Part shown: positions 1-13,050 of the stretch, piece after piece
Layout: each line of letters starts with the position of its first letter
How positions within the stretch are numbered: position 1 is the first letter of the stretch
Position numbers and translations under genes: made by a program
Notes under the pieces: generated by a model
What the model was told of the DNA's origin: nothing
Databases searched by the model: none
The model's input: the letters and a program-made list of their open reading frames with translations, nothing else
NCBI GenBank assembly: GCA_040954595.2
Contig: CM082576.2
Location: forward strand, 14,511,129 to 14,575,128
Source: Balanoglossus misakiensis
Lineage: Eukaryota > Animalia > Hemichordata
DNA length: 64,000 bases
Reading direction: 5' to 3'

Positions 1-49
1 GTAAATGGGATTGCATGCATTTACATAGTGTGATTTTTTTCTAACTTAG

Positions 50-824
50 GAAACTCTGGAGATGATCTTGTGAATGCCATATGGGTCAAACTGAACGCAC
101 TAGATGTGGACAAGAACCATATGTGGCAAGATATAAAGGATCTGCAAATTGACGTTAAAAGATTGCATGCTAGTATTGAATCAATCCACCAACCAGGTAC
201 AGATATTGACTAAACTTTAAAAATCGTTACACCAAAGACAATCTCTTTCATTCATTCATTCATTCATTCATTCATTCATTCATTCATTCATTCATTCATT
301 CATTCATTCATTCATTCATTCATTCATTCATTCATTCATTCATTCATTCATTCATTCATTCATTCATTCATTCATTCATTCATTCATTCATTCATTTGCT
401 CGCGCACTGACTCATTAAATTGCTCGTCTTCATATAGGAAGACACTCATGGACGAGGTAAATAAATGCGCAGTATAGGATAATTATTTCTAATATATCTT
501 GCAGTTTTGAACATATCTTCTGAAGACGCGGGTCCAGGAGCTGCTAGTCTAACTTTCGCCGACCCAATCACAGAAAAAGACGCTCGCCTGATCGCACAAA
601 AAACCCAAAGCATCTGGCGCCTCTTGGCAGAAGAAGTGGAAGTAGAATTTACCCTGAGTACAGCGAAAGGCAGAGGCGACATGGATGATGAAGGCAAAGC
701 TGAAGCAGTAATTTCAAAATGGCTGAGAAAAAATGATCAAAATCCTCCAACGTGGGGGGCTCTTCATGCCATAGTGTCTAAAATTGACAAGAGTATTGCT
801 AACGATATCTGTACGCTTCACTAA
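50..824 (+). CDS. 3' exons of a gene encoding a coiled-coil segment followed by a C-terminal death-domain-like fold (5' part outside window)
   Basis: Exon 50-196 (AG/GT bounded, phase 1-1, NSGDDLVNAIWVKLNALDVDKNHMWQDIKDLQIDVKRLHASIESIHQP) joins in frame to the terminal exon 505-824. The terminal exon has the death-domain pattern IAQK..SIWRLLA...AEAVISKWLRK...PTWGALHAIVSKIDKSIANDI. A micro-exon ending at donor 456 is possible but unresolved. Confidence 0.65.
247..396. repeat. (TTCA)n tetranucleotide microsatellite, intronic
   Basis: Uninterrupted TTCA run of about 150 bp. Confidence 0.97.
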
Positions 825-3329
825 TATGTCTGTTTGCTACCTTCTACAAACACCAATTAGAAATTTGCCTACTGGAAACTGTGAGATAAGTGGCTAAACA
901 ATGTTATACATGATTGAAGTCGTTTACTCTAGAATTAGACAAATATGTGCCCGGTTTACCTTTGCGTTCTTCCGAAATTATATCTGACAGGAGACTACAA
1001 AAAGCCAACGTTTGCTAAACAAAAAAATCCAAATTAATTTTATGTTTATTAGAAGTGTTGACAGCTCGTTGTTTCGCGTGCTTTGTTTGGTTTGTGTGTG
1101 TGTGTGTGTTTAGAGTAGGTTGTGTGAGCCAGACAACCTATATCCGTCCATGTTTGTAGAAAACATAACGTTTTAGAGATATATTTCATTTTGTACTTCA
1201 TTTGATTTAACATTTTCTTTATGTATATACAAGGAATACATTGATAAAATTATGCATACATGAGAACGAGTAATGTTAATAATAATCGTTTTCGAAAGAT
1301 TCCAAATGTCGTATAGCATGCTCAGTGATACAGACCGGGTTATAAGTAGTTAATTGATTCACAATCTGCTACTTTATGGTTTTCTGTACGTGAAATTACC
1401 AATTCACAGTCACACCTATACTTGCAACATTCAGGTAGCACTTAGCACTTCAATAATTGTCCACTTACAATATTTCAGTTCACACATTCATTGATATACT
1501 ATAAATCAATTTTACAATTCACTTTTTACTTAGTTTTATTGTTGGAAAACAATTAATGACATTTACTGTGTCAGATATCTTGTAATATTGAGATGGTTAT
1601 TTTTGCTTGGAGTTCTGTGTGGATATATTAATGTATTTTGGTACATAAATGTACCTTGGTGTGTATTCGACAGTATTCGGATTGAAAAGCTGTTAAATAA
1701 ACGAGTGGGCTGCACGTTTTAAGATAATAACCCGGACCCAAAGTGATTGTGACTCGGTGCAATGAGGCACGTAGTCATGACCCGAGAATGACCCAACTGT
1801 TTATTTATACCACTGAGCCGATAGCCATTGACCCAGGTAGGCGACCAGCGGATTATTAAAGTCCTACCATAAAAAAGGGCAACAGTTTCACCCAAGACTT
1901 GGGAATAACACATTAGTTCAAAACATAGTTCTCATAAACAATCAATTTGGAATAAGGCGTCCCCACAATGCAAACTTCTGAACTCGCCATGCCAGTTACC
2001 TTCTATTAACCATCTTGACTTCCTATAATACAATGTTATTAATTAACCGCAGAATGTATTCTGATGGGGCTAAATTTGAACAGCGGCCAGAAAAGACTAC
2101 GCAACGCAATTTGATGAATGGAGACTGCTCACACACACTTCACTGTGGTCAACTTTCCAACTGACGGAAACAAATAAACCTGGTAACCACTTATTTTATG
2201 CATCAGCGCAAATATAAAATATATTTTGGTAATATACTTTCCTGTTCTGTATTTTTTTTCACTGTTCTTTTCGTGCTAGGGCAGTGAGGCTGTCCTTAAT
2301 GTTCCATACAGGGAGGACACTTGTGAGGTTTTGGAGAAAAAACAGCAGAGAATTTGGGGTTTGCAGAGAGTGAACGGACATTTTCTGAAGCGGTTTATCA
2401 TTTGTTGCAACACTTGTTGGAAGAATAAAGAAATTTGAAAAGTCAATACTATTGTGATGGTTTTTCTTTGATTTTGAAAGTCTTATATACATCACCCTAT
2501 GTACAGTATTCTAGTACTAACAATGTTATTTTTGGAAGCAAAGCGGACCACACACGTCTAGATTCTAGACTAAATCCATAGTGTTTCTATTTTTGAGGAG
2601 AGGACATCATTGCCCAATGTTTGGCTACCAAAGATGAAGCCATATATATATGTACAATATGTAAAAAATATGAAATTTTGTAAAACTCGACTTCTTAACT
2701 GCAGCGCCACCTTAATCATTGTGGTTTATTTGTTTTCTGTGAGTGCTTGTATGGGGAAACGAGACGATATTAAAAATTTGCTTCGAAGTTACACTTGGAA
2801 AAAACTCGTCGTCACCATGGTCGAAAACAAAATGCTTCCACACCTTTTGCCTCCAGCCCCCCTCCCAATCTCAAATGAGATCCCCCTAAATACATATCGG
2901 GGTTTTATTGTGTCATGCTGCGTCCGATAATTTGGTGAGATACAGCTTTTGTTTATTATTCATTCTCTTAATATTCCAAGTCTGACGACAGGAAAATAGA
3001 AAAATCGAAAAGCGACTTTAATTTTCAATCGCTCCCTTCAACCATCTGTGGCTATCCCGCCAAGTCCACATGCGCCTCGGACTGCCAGTATCACCATCAT
3101 ATCTGGAATACAAGCTTTGGGCTTCTGACACTGAACAGAGAAATATTTTTGCTTGAGAATCGTTAGAAAGATTACTGAATTAAATTTGACGATGTCATCC
3201 TTAGTTGTACTTTGTCATATTATTAAACCAGGATCACTACAAAAGTAAGCTAAATTCTTGTTACAGCAAATGATCGGACTCCGTGCGTGCTACCGTGACC
3301 AACCGACAGTCCATTACATGTATGTGTTG

Positions 3330-3342
3330 GTTGCTAGGCAAA
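3330..3342 (+). promoter_or_regulatory. RFX X-box-like motif upstream of a candidate non-coding first exon (donor AG|GTGAGT at about 3708)
   Basis: GTTGCTAGGCAAA resembles the X-box consensus GTTGCYAGGCAAC. It lies in a CpG-richer stretch before a strong donor that could splice to the acceptor at 5624. Confidence 0.3.
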
Positions 3343-5635
3343 TGTACGCCGTTTCACACGCGTTGATTGGATCGATTCAGTCAGGAAAGTCAAGTGCCCG
3401 ACAATACGCCTCGATTGCATAGCGTTCAAGTAACATTTGCAATGTATGCATTTTAAAATGACATTTCGGGAGATTTGTACGGTAAATAATTATTTTAATC
3501 CGGTTGTTACCGATGTATTGTGGTTTGTAAATACTTGCACGACATTCTTGGACACTAGAAGTTGATCATGCAAGAGTGAGAACGTTTTTAGCGTTCTGAT
3601 GCTGACTTGAATTGTGTGAACTTCGTACACCGAGTTTGCGTTTTGTGCCCATACACCGAGCTCGTCAAGTTATTCAAAGAAAACGGTGCGTGCAGTCGCT
3701 ATACAGGTGAGTTTGGTTTTATGATTATCAAACTATTCTTTTAGTCCTGAAGACCCTGTTCAAATCCATACGTATACACTCGGAGGGCTGTACACAATCA
3801 TCATATCCGAACACATTTTTTTTCTGAGAGACTTCATATATGAACACACCATGTTTATTCCTATATACTCCAAGTTCGAAATGTATGCATTTCATTTATT
3901 GTCATGCCGTTTGAACCGCTCTGCCTTTCAATTTGAAACTTTCATGTAATATTTCAAGCCGTTATAATGATAACAATATTATTTATCGATCGGTAACCCA
4001 GGAGATGTCAATATCAAACGATGATGCTGGTGTATTTCTTGACCAAATTCTACCTAACCTAGGTTTAGAATCAGATAAATAGACAACCCAAAATAGCAAT
4101 CGTGTTATTGCAAAAGTACCGCGAAATTCAGCTTCTATAAAAATAAACCGCCATTATTTTCAAAAAAAAATATACTTTCCAACCAACTGAGAACGATTGA
4201 CCTCTTTTTTTACTTTAACCATCTGAAAACGGTTCGCTTTTAGGCTTCCAACCACAGAAAGAAATATCTGAGACTACACGTAGATTGTTAAAAAATTCTA
4301 ATAATATAGCACAGCCATATATAAAATGACACACATCTTTTCTATCGATCCGCATTTTCCAAGAGCGTTTTAAATTTTTTATTGAATAAATAGATTTTTA
4401 CAATAGATTCATTGTATCGAATTTTGCTCAAGTGCTCGCAGTTTGAATCAGTCTTGTGTATTTGTGAAAGACCGAATCGACCAGAATAACAGCGGAACGT
4501 ACTCAAAAATCCATATCTCTCGATTAGCATATTGGTATGATGCATACACACATCATAAAGCATAATTTTTATTTATTTATTTATTTATTTATTTTTTGTT
4601 TGTTTGTTTGTTTACAAATTGATCGATGTCAGTGACCGAAGCAGTAACTGCAGCCACTCTACTGTGAAATAACTCATTGTCTAGATATCGGTCGATCGTT
4701 CTGCGGGATATTTTGACCGAAGCGTCACCTGGTTGTGTTAGGTATATCAAACAACGCCCAAACGCTCTGGATATCCGTGTGAAAGTGTTGTTACCTTACA
4801 GCCTGTTTTTAAACTCTTACTTACTGGTATCTATCCAGTGTAAATAGCCTCAAGAGGAACACATCGAAACCACTTTATTATTAAAAGGGACAGAAAAGGT
4901 CAATCATTTTCTGTAACAAATACCTGGGTGCAATATGGCGTCTGTTGTAAAGTCAGATTCTCGTAAAGAGAAAGTTAGAAGGGCTGATGTAGAACTACCT
5001 CGTAACAACATTTACAGCATCCGATCGAGAGTAGGTGATTAACTCCCGCATACAATAACGATTTGCTAGAGCTGCTTTCATTAATGGGTTTAACCACTTG
5101 AAGTTTGAAGGAAAAAAGTCGCCAGCGTAATTGGTTTAGTAACTTGTGACAAAAAACACCTGTCGTTTGGGCGGCAAACGTTTGAGTGGGATATTGTGTT
5201 TTGCTGCGGCTGCGTAACTTGGAAAGCAGCTCTCACGGGAGCGCGCGTGACTACAAGGTGTATGTAGCGGAAAATGGATGGAGATAGTAACCTGTGTGTT
5301 GTGGACACCAAAGGTGTGTTTAGCTAAATCCCCTCTATCGATCTTCCGTGTGAATGTTTACACCATCCGAAAACCGTTATTGTGATATTATTGATCAAGG
5401 TGCTACTAATTGATCGTGTCAACAGTGGACCAATTAAAGTTTGGCCACTGTGGACACACATAGTTGAAGGTGGGGATGGGGGTCTTCTACGACAATAGAA
5501 TTCCTGACCTCTGACCCTGCCACCGGCTAATCTCTTAGCGCCGTTGCCGTCAACAGAAAATGATTGCACGCGAAAGATGTGAAGTTATGTTCTGACTTTC
5601 TCTTTTTTTTCTCTCGGCAAACAGCCAAAGCCGGG

Positions 5636-6937
5636 ATGGCATTGAAGAGGTCTTGTAAAGACAGGGGTGTGACATCGCCGAGAAAGGCGGCGGGTGGTGC
5701 GGGAGACGACGGGGCGACGAGGCTGGAATCTGCCGTAGCGGAGAGCGAAGAACTCGTCCAGAAAGATGTGTACTTAGCCGACAACTCGAAAATCATGCAA
5801 CGCTTTGAAGCCGCGATGAAAAGCAGGATCACGCCGGAGATGAAGCTTCGGGAACTGGGAATCCCGCAGCAGGTTCTCCGAGAGAGATTGATGGCTCACA
5901 GGGCAAGGAACGAGATCGTCAAGCAGATTCAACGGATAGACAGTCTGAACAGAGAACGACACATCGTCATCAACAGACAAAACTACGACATGAAGATGGA
6001 GCGCAGAGAGTTCCTGAAACGGCGGAAATTTTTGCCCAGACACCTTGTTGGTGATTCGGGGAGACTTAAAAACGTCCGTCCTGGACTACTGCGTCATAAT
6101 AACAGGGGGAAACCCACGGTGTCGGAAGTGTCCACAAGTTTTCCACAAATAGGACAACAACGCTATACCGCCGAACCGGGAAGAACTCCCGACAAAGAGA
6201 ACCAGAAAGCTTTACTGGAAAGTGAAATCGAATGCATTAACGATGCCATCGAGGCTGTTCGCCTGTCACAGGATGCGGCATGTCGGTCATCTCAAAGCGA
6301 ACTGCTTCGTGCAAAGCGAAACTCGGCCGATACAAAGGTTGGAAATTCATATCAGAGGTTTGGATCCGCGTCACAGGTAGACACTCGCCAACAACAACAT
6401 TCATCTCGAACGATCGCTGCGGCCCATAACAAGCCCAGTACAGCCCCGCCGCGTATGAGAGGCGGTGCCACTCTGGCGCGCGTACGGTTGACGGTGGATG
6501 GAAACGAGAATTGTTCAGGCGAAAACGACCAACTCTTGGGCGGGAAAAACTGTGACAACCAAGAGCTACCTCCAGACGAACCTGAATGCACATCAAAATC
6601 GCAAGATTCCCGCCAAGAAAACGGGAAAAGTTGTTCGCGGTACAAGAACCTGGCGAAGTTGGAACTGTGCGGTCTGATCAGTCCCGTGAAATTCGATAAG
6701 TTTAGCCCCCGAAAAGACAACGCAAGACGACAGCAGGGGCGTCGACCAAGCTTCGACGAAGTCCACGAGAAATTTCGGAATAGAGGACGCCTGATGACGC
6801 TGAAGGTTGCGACGGAACTAGTCAGAGACAAGGATACACTTGACAATCTGGTCAGTTTTGTTGTCGGTGCTTCGGTTGCTAGGACGCCATCAACGTTGCT
6901 ATCTCAAAGTAACTTTGATGACAATGACCAAGAATGA
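5636..6937 (+). CDS. Uncharacterised Arg/Lys-rich protein (433 aa) with N-terminal coiled coil, CCDC190-like motif
   Basis: Long GC-richer ORF. Polypyrimidine tract + CAG acceptor at 5622-5624 precedes ATG 5636. Motif LNRERHIVINRQNYDMK is shared with the 10617 ORF. Confidence 0.75.
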   Translation: MALKRSCKDRGVTSPRKAAGGAGDDGATRLESAVAESEELVQKDVYLADNSKIMQRFEAAMKSRITPEMKLRELGIPQQVLRERLMAHRARNEIVKQIQRIDSLNRERHIVINRQNYDMKMERREFLKRRKFLPRHLVGDSGRLKNVRPGLLRHNNRGKPTVSEVSTSFPQIGQQRYTAEPGRTPDKENQKALLESEIECINDAIEAVRLSQDAACRSSQSELLRAKRNSADTKVGNSYQRFGSASQVDTRQQQHSSRTIAAAHNKPSTAPPRMRGGATLARVRLTVDGNENCSGENDQLLGGKNCDNQELPPDEPECTSKSQDSRQENGKSCSRYKNLAKLELCGLISPVKFDKFSPRKDNARRQQGRRPSFDEVHEKFRNRGRLMTLKVATELVRDKDTLDNLVSFVVGASVARTPSTLLSQSNFDDNDQE

Positions 6938-7808
6938 CATTATATTTTTGCGTTTAACATAACCTCATTACATTAAATGAGTGTTGCTTGTGTAAGTACA
7001 GTAAATGTGACCTGTGCGTTATGCGTATTGTACTGTATTGCAATGCACTTAATTGTTCATTTGCTTGAAACTGAACGGCATACAGTGTATCGTCCTCGAC
7101 GCGGACAATTCCTATGCTATCAACGAGGGAGGGCCGCCAATACCAGTTATATGATGTTATTTCTTATTAAAACACAAAACAGGCTGATATATTTATTACA
7201 CACTATGTCAAGTGACATACGCCTATAAGGAAGAAATGGCAAAAGTTGTGAAAACCAAAAAGCGATTCAATTTTCCCACCACTTTTCGGGGGGGGGGGGG
7301 GGGTGCTTGGACGATGGAGGTGCTAAGGCTTACTTTACATGACGTAATGTTTTACGAAACTCTTTTTATATAATTCCTCGCTGCATAGCTACACCGCGTC
7401 CAAAAACATCTGCAATAAAGGTCAAACTGATATAGATTTAACTGTGTGTTTCAAAACTTTTTTTTCTGTTACGGTATCCCATCGAATGAAGCGTGAAAAT
7501 ATATACATGTACATGTACATGGCAAGTTGATAGGGGATGCCGTTTATTAAGACGTCTTTCATCACTTTTGGTCGAATGTCTTTCCTGATAATTCGTCTGC
7601 CCATGTTAGCGAGCTACCAGAGATACAGCCCCCGGTTCGGCTACTCAAATTCATTAAATTGGTCATAAATTACTCCACATTGGTGTTTTTATTTGGCTGA
7701 TCTAAATTGGAAAAATAATTGAACCGTGACAAAATTGTTTTGCACCTTCGCAAATAACGAATTGCACTGTTTTTCCCCCAAAATTTTCGCAAAAGGAATA
7801 GGGGATAT

Positions 7809-7881
7809 CGAGGCTGCCAGGATTCGAACCTGGAATCTTCTGATCCGTAGTCAGACGCGTTATCCGTTGCGCCACAGCCCC
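7809..7881 (-). tRNA. tRNA-Arg (ACG)
   Basis: GGGGCTGTGGCGCAACGGATAACGCGTCTGACTACGGATCAGAAGATTCCAGGTTCGAATCCTGGCAGCCTCG; 73 nt cloverleaf, A/B boxes, oligo-T terminator downstream. Confidence 0.97.
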
Positions 7882-8114
7882 TTTTACAATGAGGAAATCG
7901 TCAAATATTGATCTCTTTCTTGCTCTGTAAATTTCTCTTTTTTTTGCTGGTTCGATTGGTTCTATTTGCAGCATTTAATACGATAGATCACGACCTACTT
8001 TTATATAAACGTTTGTCAAATACTTGGAATCAAATCTACTCCTCTTCAATGGCTCCTAACATATCTCGCAGGCAGGAAAAATAATCACTGTCTCACTTGT
8101 CTGTTTTTTGTATG

Positions 8115-8322
8115 CTGTAAAACACTTTATTTTCGCGAGCAATTAATTTTCGCCAAATACGCGAGAGCCAAAATAGCGTGAAAATAAAAAGTCGCGTAAA
8201 TTGTTTTTGAAGATAACTATGCAGTGAATGAAATAAGAGAACGCGAAAATTAATACTCGCGAAACAGTGGCCTCTCTCGATATCGCGAAAAATTTAACTC
8301 GCGAAAATAAAGTGTTTTACAG
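8115..8322. mobile_element. MITE, Tc1/mariner-like
   Basis: TIRs CTGTAAAACACTTTATTTTCGCGAG / CTCGCGAAAATAAAGTGTTTTACAG; TA on the right flank; related to the element at 28262. Confidence 0.8.
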
Positions 8323-9053
8323 TATATCACACAAGTTGTGTGTTAAACTTACCTTGCAATTAAATGTGGCTGTCGAACGTCGGTCGCCGGCTTTAGTGAC
8401 GATACACAAGTAAGTAAGTAAGTAATTTACATAAAACACAAAGCGATAAAGTTTTTACCCATTGACCCACTGGCCTCGTTTTCGCGTTGTCTTGGAAGGG
8501 TACCCACTTTAAATGAAAACGGCGTGTTGTTGGGCATACACAAAATAATAGCACTACATGTAGTTTCTTGTTTTGATTTGCTTGACCTCGTCTTTTTTTT
8601 TTCATTTGAAGACCGCGTTGTGTAGCCGACATAGACTTAGGAGATAAAATGCATTCCTGTGTCACGTGACTGAAAATTGGAAACAACTCCTTTTCTAAGT
8701 TGATTATTGCTGGGGTATTCCATCATTGCTTCAGGGATTTGAACCAGAAACTGCTGCATATACACGGAGTAAAAAAAACTGAAACCATTCTTTACCATTC
8801 CATAAATGTCAGCGTTGCAATCGATATTTCAAGAGTGTGTGTGACCAGCATCGGTCACACTAAGCTTACTGACTTCAGTTTTGCGCCAAGAAGTTCACTC
8901 GAATATATCATCTTGAAATCTTTTGTATTTTCCTCGTGAAAAAGTGAACATAACAAAAATATTTATCCAAAACACCAGCAATAGTGCAATTTCTGCGAAA
9001 TGCACGGATTCAAATTGACTTTTACGAAGATTTTTGCAAAAGGGAAGGGATAT

Positions 9054-9126
9054 CGAGGCTGCCAGGATTCGAACCTGGAATCTTCTGATCCGTAGTCAGA
9101 CGCGTTATCCGTTGCGCCACAGCCCC
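9054..9126 (-). tRNA. tRNA-Arg (ACG)
   Basis: Identical 73-nt sequence to the 7809-7881 copy. Confidence 0.97.
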
Positions 9127-10616
9127 TCTGACGGTACAACCGAATCTGTGAATCGAAATATCGATCTATTACAAACAAACCCGATGGTAAAATTTCTTCG
9201 TTTGGGTAAATATTTATTTGAATTTTGAAAATAACGAGATGGGATTTTATAAAACTACATCTGGGTACATAGTCAATGGCAGTGGTAACACCTCCGTCAA
9301 TAGTGATGAATTTATCTTGACTTCTAACTCAAGGAGGAGTAGAATAATAAAAGCTGCATGGACTGATATACTTATTTATATAGGTGAAAGCAAAAGTTGC
9401 TTTAATGACGCATGTTTTGGAATTGACACTTCTCAGCACCCAAGCCCAGTAATCCCCCTACCCACCTGTAGTGACCTACAGTATACATTGTATTTGCATA
9501 TAGCAGTGTTATTGCACCTGTTGTATGTCACCTATAGTCAGTCAGTATTCAACCACCCTCAACACCGCTCTATACGTCGAGCTCCATGACGACGATAATG
9601 CGAGTAGGTTTGGGCAGCTTACGTAAGATAAGCCATTATTCGCCACCGTGAAATGATACCATATGATATCCTATCGTGATTGTTGACAGTACTATCGGCA
9701 CGTGGCACGCTGATTGTACGCAACGAATACCAAATGACATTATAAACCCCGCGCTACATCTATTCATACAAGATAAGGCTATCGCAACTTGATTTCGGAA
9801 GGATTTTGTCTTTTAAGAGAGTTCGCCGTTTCACCTGTCTGTTTATACATGTACAGAGAATATCAAAGAAAACACCCAGAAGTCGGTGACGTAATGGTCA
9901 ACACCAACTCGAAGACAGGAAAGCAAACTCACACCCGGGTTTCAAATGACTCTGACGAAGAATAAAACATTCACGACACTACTTGTCGGCATATAAACCA
10001 CAGTTACGCAGAATACGTGAATGTAAATATTAAATCAGGCATGGTCCATTTTTAAAATTCTTCGTCCAATGGGACAAAGGCGTTTCCGAAGCAGTCTTCC
10101 AAAAGTCATTCAAGTCATGTGCAATATGTCAGATGTGATATTTGACGTCCGTGTAGTGTTATACAACAAATTTTGTTGTATCGTCTTCTGTAAATATCGA
10201 GATTTGTTCGCGGCAAATACCACAGCCACCAGGTGCATCGATCACCATTGACTCGCGCCAGAATCTGAAACCGGGACGACAAAATAGAAACACACTCTAT
10301 AGCTCCGTGTTTATGGACGGCATGCGATCCTGTTTTGAAAGTGGCGGAGAAAGGCGCTCAGTGCGTAAAAATGGCATCACTTGCAACTCTAACCAGCTAG
10401 CTTTTCAACTTCGATGAAGCTCGACCGGGGATCCGATGGCGGTGTGGCGCTGGAAATGACCGGGGACAACAGACGCGTGGCTCCTGTTACTGTGGTCGAT
10501 TTCAGGCAAATAGAGGACATTTCGTTTCGGGAGTATCGAATTCAGCGTGTTTCTGATTCAGTGGGCCGCGTCCGGGTGCCGGGGAGTTTGTGGTACTAGT
10601 CTGCTCGCACGAAAAC

Positions 10617-11390
10617 ATGGTTGGGAATGTGGAAAAACCGAACTGTTACTCGAACCGCGTACAGCATGCCTTGAGATCCAATCGGACAGAAAGGGCTCGT
10701 CTGAGACTGCGGATGAAGTTGTTGGACAAAGAGCGTCTTCACACGGTACGGTGTTACAACAACGACGTCCGGTTGCTGAAGTCGTCACTGGCCAAAATTC
10801 GCATCAGCAGCGGCAGGAGCTCCGAGGGAAGGCCGCCATGGTACAAGGAGACGGCGGCCGACAGGCAACGGCCCAGGTTTATGATGTACGGGGAACGGGT
10901 GCGCTCCCAGAGACTGAGCAGACGACGGTTTGTGTCGTACGTAGGCAAACCGCCACCAGTGAACGAAGACCAGGAAGGGGACGCTACCGCCGACGCCGAG
11001 GAAGAAGAGAAAACCCCGTTGGAATTTCACCCAAGACCGCACACCTGTCCGCCGGGACACGCTTGGCAACCCTCCAGCAACCACCCGACGTCGAGACATG
11101 CGACATTCGCCGATAATGTCCGAGTGTGTGAGAGCGGCAGCGAGGAGGACGAAGCCGAGGAAAAACCCGCGGCGGACAGCAAACCGCGCAGCCGCCGCAT
11201 CAAAATCAAAAGCGCTCCCCCAATTCCCTCCGCCGGTAATCACAAGAGACCGAACCTTGTTGCTAGGCTACCGAGTAGCATCGCTTCCACGAGGGTGCAT
11301 AGAGTGGTCACGGTGATCCACCGGGACGCGGCGTCGGACAACGACGATGCGGACGAGTCTCGACCACCACCTGCACATCCTTGTTGGTAA
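10617..11390 (+). CDS. Uncharacterised Arg-rich protein (257 aa), CCDC190-like N-terminal coiled coil
   Basis: GC-rich ORF starting at AACATGG. RSNRTERARLRLRMKLLDKERLHTVRCYNNDVRLLKSSLAKIR resembles, from memory, the CCDC190 N-terminal helix (RKNAKQAEARLDQRLQRL...LYHVKLL..EQRQLQKELQRL). Confidence 0.7.
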   Translation: MVGNVEKPNCYSNRVQHALRSNRTERARLRLRMKLLDKERLHTVRCYNNDVRLLKSSLAKIRISSGRSSEGRPPWYKETAADRQRPRFMMYGERVRSQRLSRRRFVSYVGKPPPVNEDQEGDATADAEEEEKTPLEFHPRPHTCPPGHAWQPSSNHPTSRHATFADNVRVCESGSEEDEAEEKPAADSKPRSRRIKIKSAPPIPSAGNHKRPNLVARLPSSIASTRVHRVVTVIHRDAASDNDDADESRPPPAHPCW

Positions 11391-12608
11391 GACGTCAAAA
11401 AGGTCGCCGTGCTCACTGACTCTGTCACCCGGCCACTACAACAAGAAAGCAACCACCTGTTTGAACATTTTAAATCTGGATACAGTGATTTGTAAGATAT
11501 GTTTTCATCTCGGACCGGGAAGAAAAAAAAACAACTACAATTACTGTAGGCCTAGTTTAGTCTTGTAGGAATAATGACTTTTACCACGATGCTGATTGGC
11601 AAATGTCAGTCTGTTCTTTGTTTTCTTTTTGGGTGTGAAGTACGAGAGGAAGGATATCTTATTATCGTAAAATAACAGTAATGTCTGCCTTCGACGATTT
11701 TCATCTAAAATGTCTTACACTTATCTGGGACAGTTCATTCATTCATTGAATGTACATTGTATATATGCATATCCACATGCGAAACTTCCACCGTATAATT
11801 TATGCACAAACCTAAAATATACATCTTTGCATTTTTGAACATTTGATAAAAACAACCTTGAACTGAACGCTAACGTGATTGTCACGGTTGTATTATATGA
11901 CGTCACTTGATACACTTAGTATACACTCTATGAATCCCCGTGTACGCCCGTGTTGTTCAAGCGTCACCACGTGACATGCTTCGTCAGCGGTAAGACTTGC
12001 ATTGTGCCTTCACCTGGGATGGCGCGATTATTGGCCCTTGGACATTTGTCAATTCTAAAACCCGTGTAATAACTGAAGCAAAAGCTTATCATTTTTGTGT
12101 CATCATGATGTGACAGAAATATGTTATCAAAGTTTACTACCACATCTGTAAGTCAATAAATTCTATAGTTGTTGTAATTATTTTACTCCTATACCCCAGA
12201 GGTTCAAGTCAAGTGACATCATCACTGTTGAGATTTCACCACTACCGTTGACTACGGTCTCGTGTTTTAGGAGAGACCATGCATTGACGTAATACAATAT
12301 GTTAGACAATTCAATCTGATTATTTTTCGAAATTAAATTAAAATATAAATAAAAAAAACGATGTTTACTTTATTTGCATCTTTCGAAACCAAGAAATTGC
12401 ACCGTCACTTTGCTTCTTATAATCACATGCAGTGTGCAGAATTGCAAAAGTTTAATACTCAAAACTCGTGTTTTATCGCGTATATGAGGAACAGAGAAAA
12501 CATTATGTAAAGTCGGAATCACTCTGTGAAAATGCCCCTGAAGAGGGGAATCTCGGGATTAACTTTTGAACGAAATTATGGGATGCTGAATGCCAATGTA
12601 ACCAAGAA

Positions 12609-12681
12609 GGGGTTGTGGCGCAACGGATAACGCGTCTGACTACGGATCAGAAGATTCCAGGTTCGAATCCTGGCAGCCTCG
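12609..12681 (+). tRNA. tRNA-Arg (ACG), variant with U5 (U-G wobble in acceptor stem)
   Basis: Same sequence except GGGGTTG at the 5' end; TTTT terminator at 12687. Confidence 0.95.
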
Positions 12682-12883
12682 AATTCTTTTACTTTTGCGA
12701 AAATTTCATGATAGAAATAAAAACGTGCAATTCGTCAAAACCCAAGGTGTACAATGGACCAATGTTTTGTCGTGATCACTGTTTCATGAGAAAAAGGAAA
12801 GAGTTTTTAAAACCCTTTGTTCGAATGAACTTCTTGGTGCATGGCTGCCTTGAAGTCACGTGTGGACGAAATATGGTCACACA

Positions 12884-13050
12884 TTAAAGGTATACGGTCA
12901 CCTATAGAACAATACCATTGCAAATTGAGGTCTAGCCAATCACAGATTTTCAGTTGGTGGCACACGCGAAAAAAAAAGAGCGCCACCATATGTTCTTTGG
13001 GACGCTCAAATGTTATGGGCGTATGTAAATTGGAGGTGACTGTAAAGCTT
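12884..13050. mobile_element. Short non-autonomous DNA element (TTAA|AGG terminus, Kolobok-like), copy 1
   Basis: Starts TTAAAGGTATACGGTCACC, ends in imperfect inverse GGTGACTGTAAAGCTT; similar copy at 14001-14160. Confidence 0.55.

Noticed and set aside
665-695. GRGDMD peptide shared by the death-domain protein and the lectin discoidin domain
   Set aside because: Different folds and different codons; coincidence.
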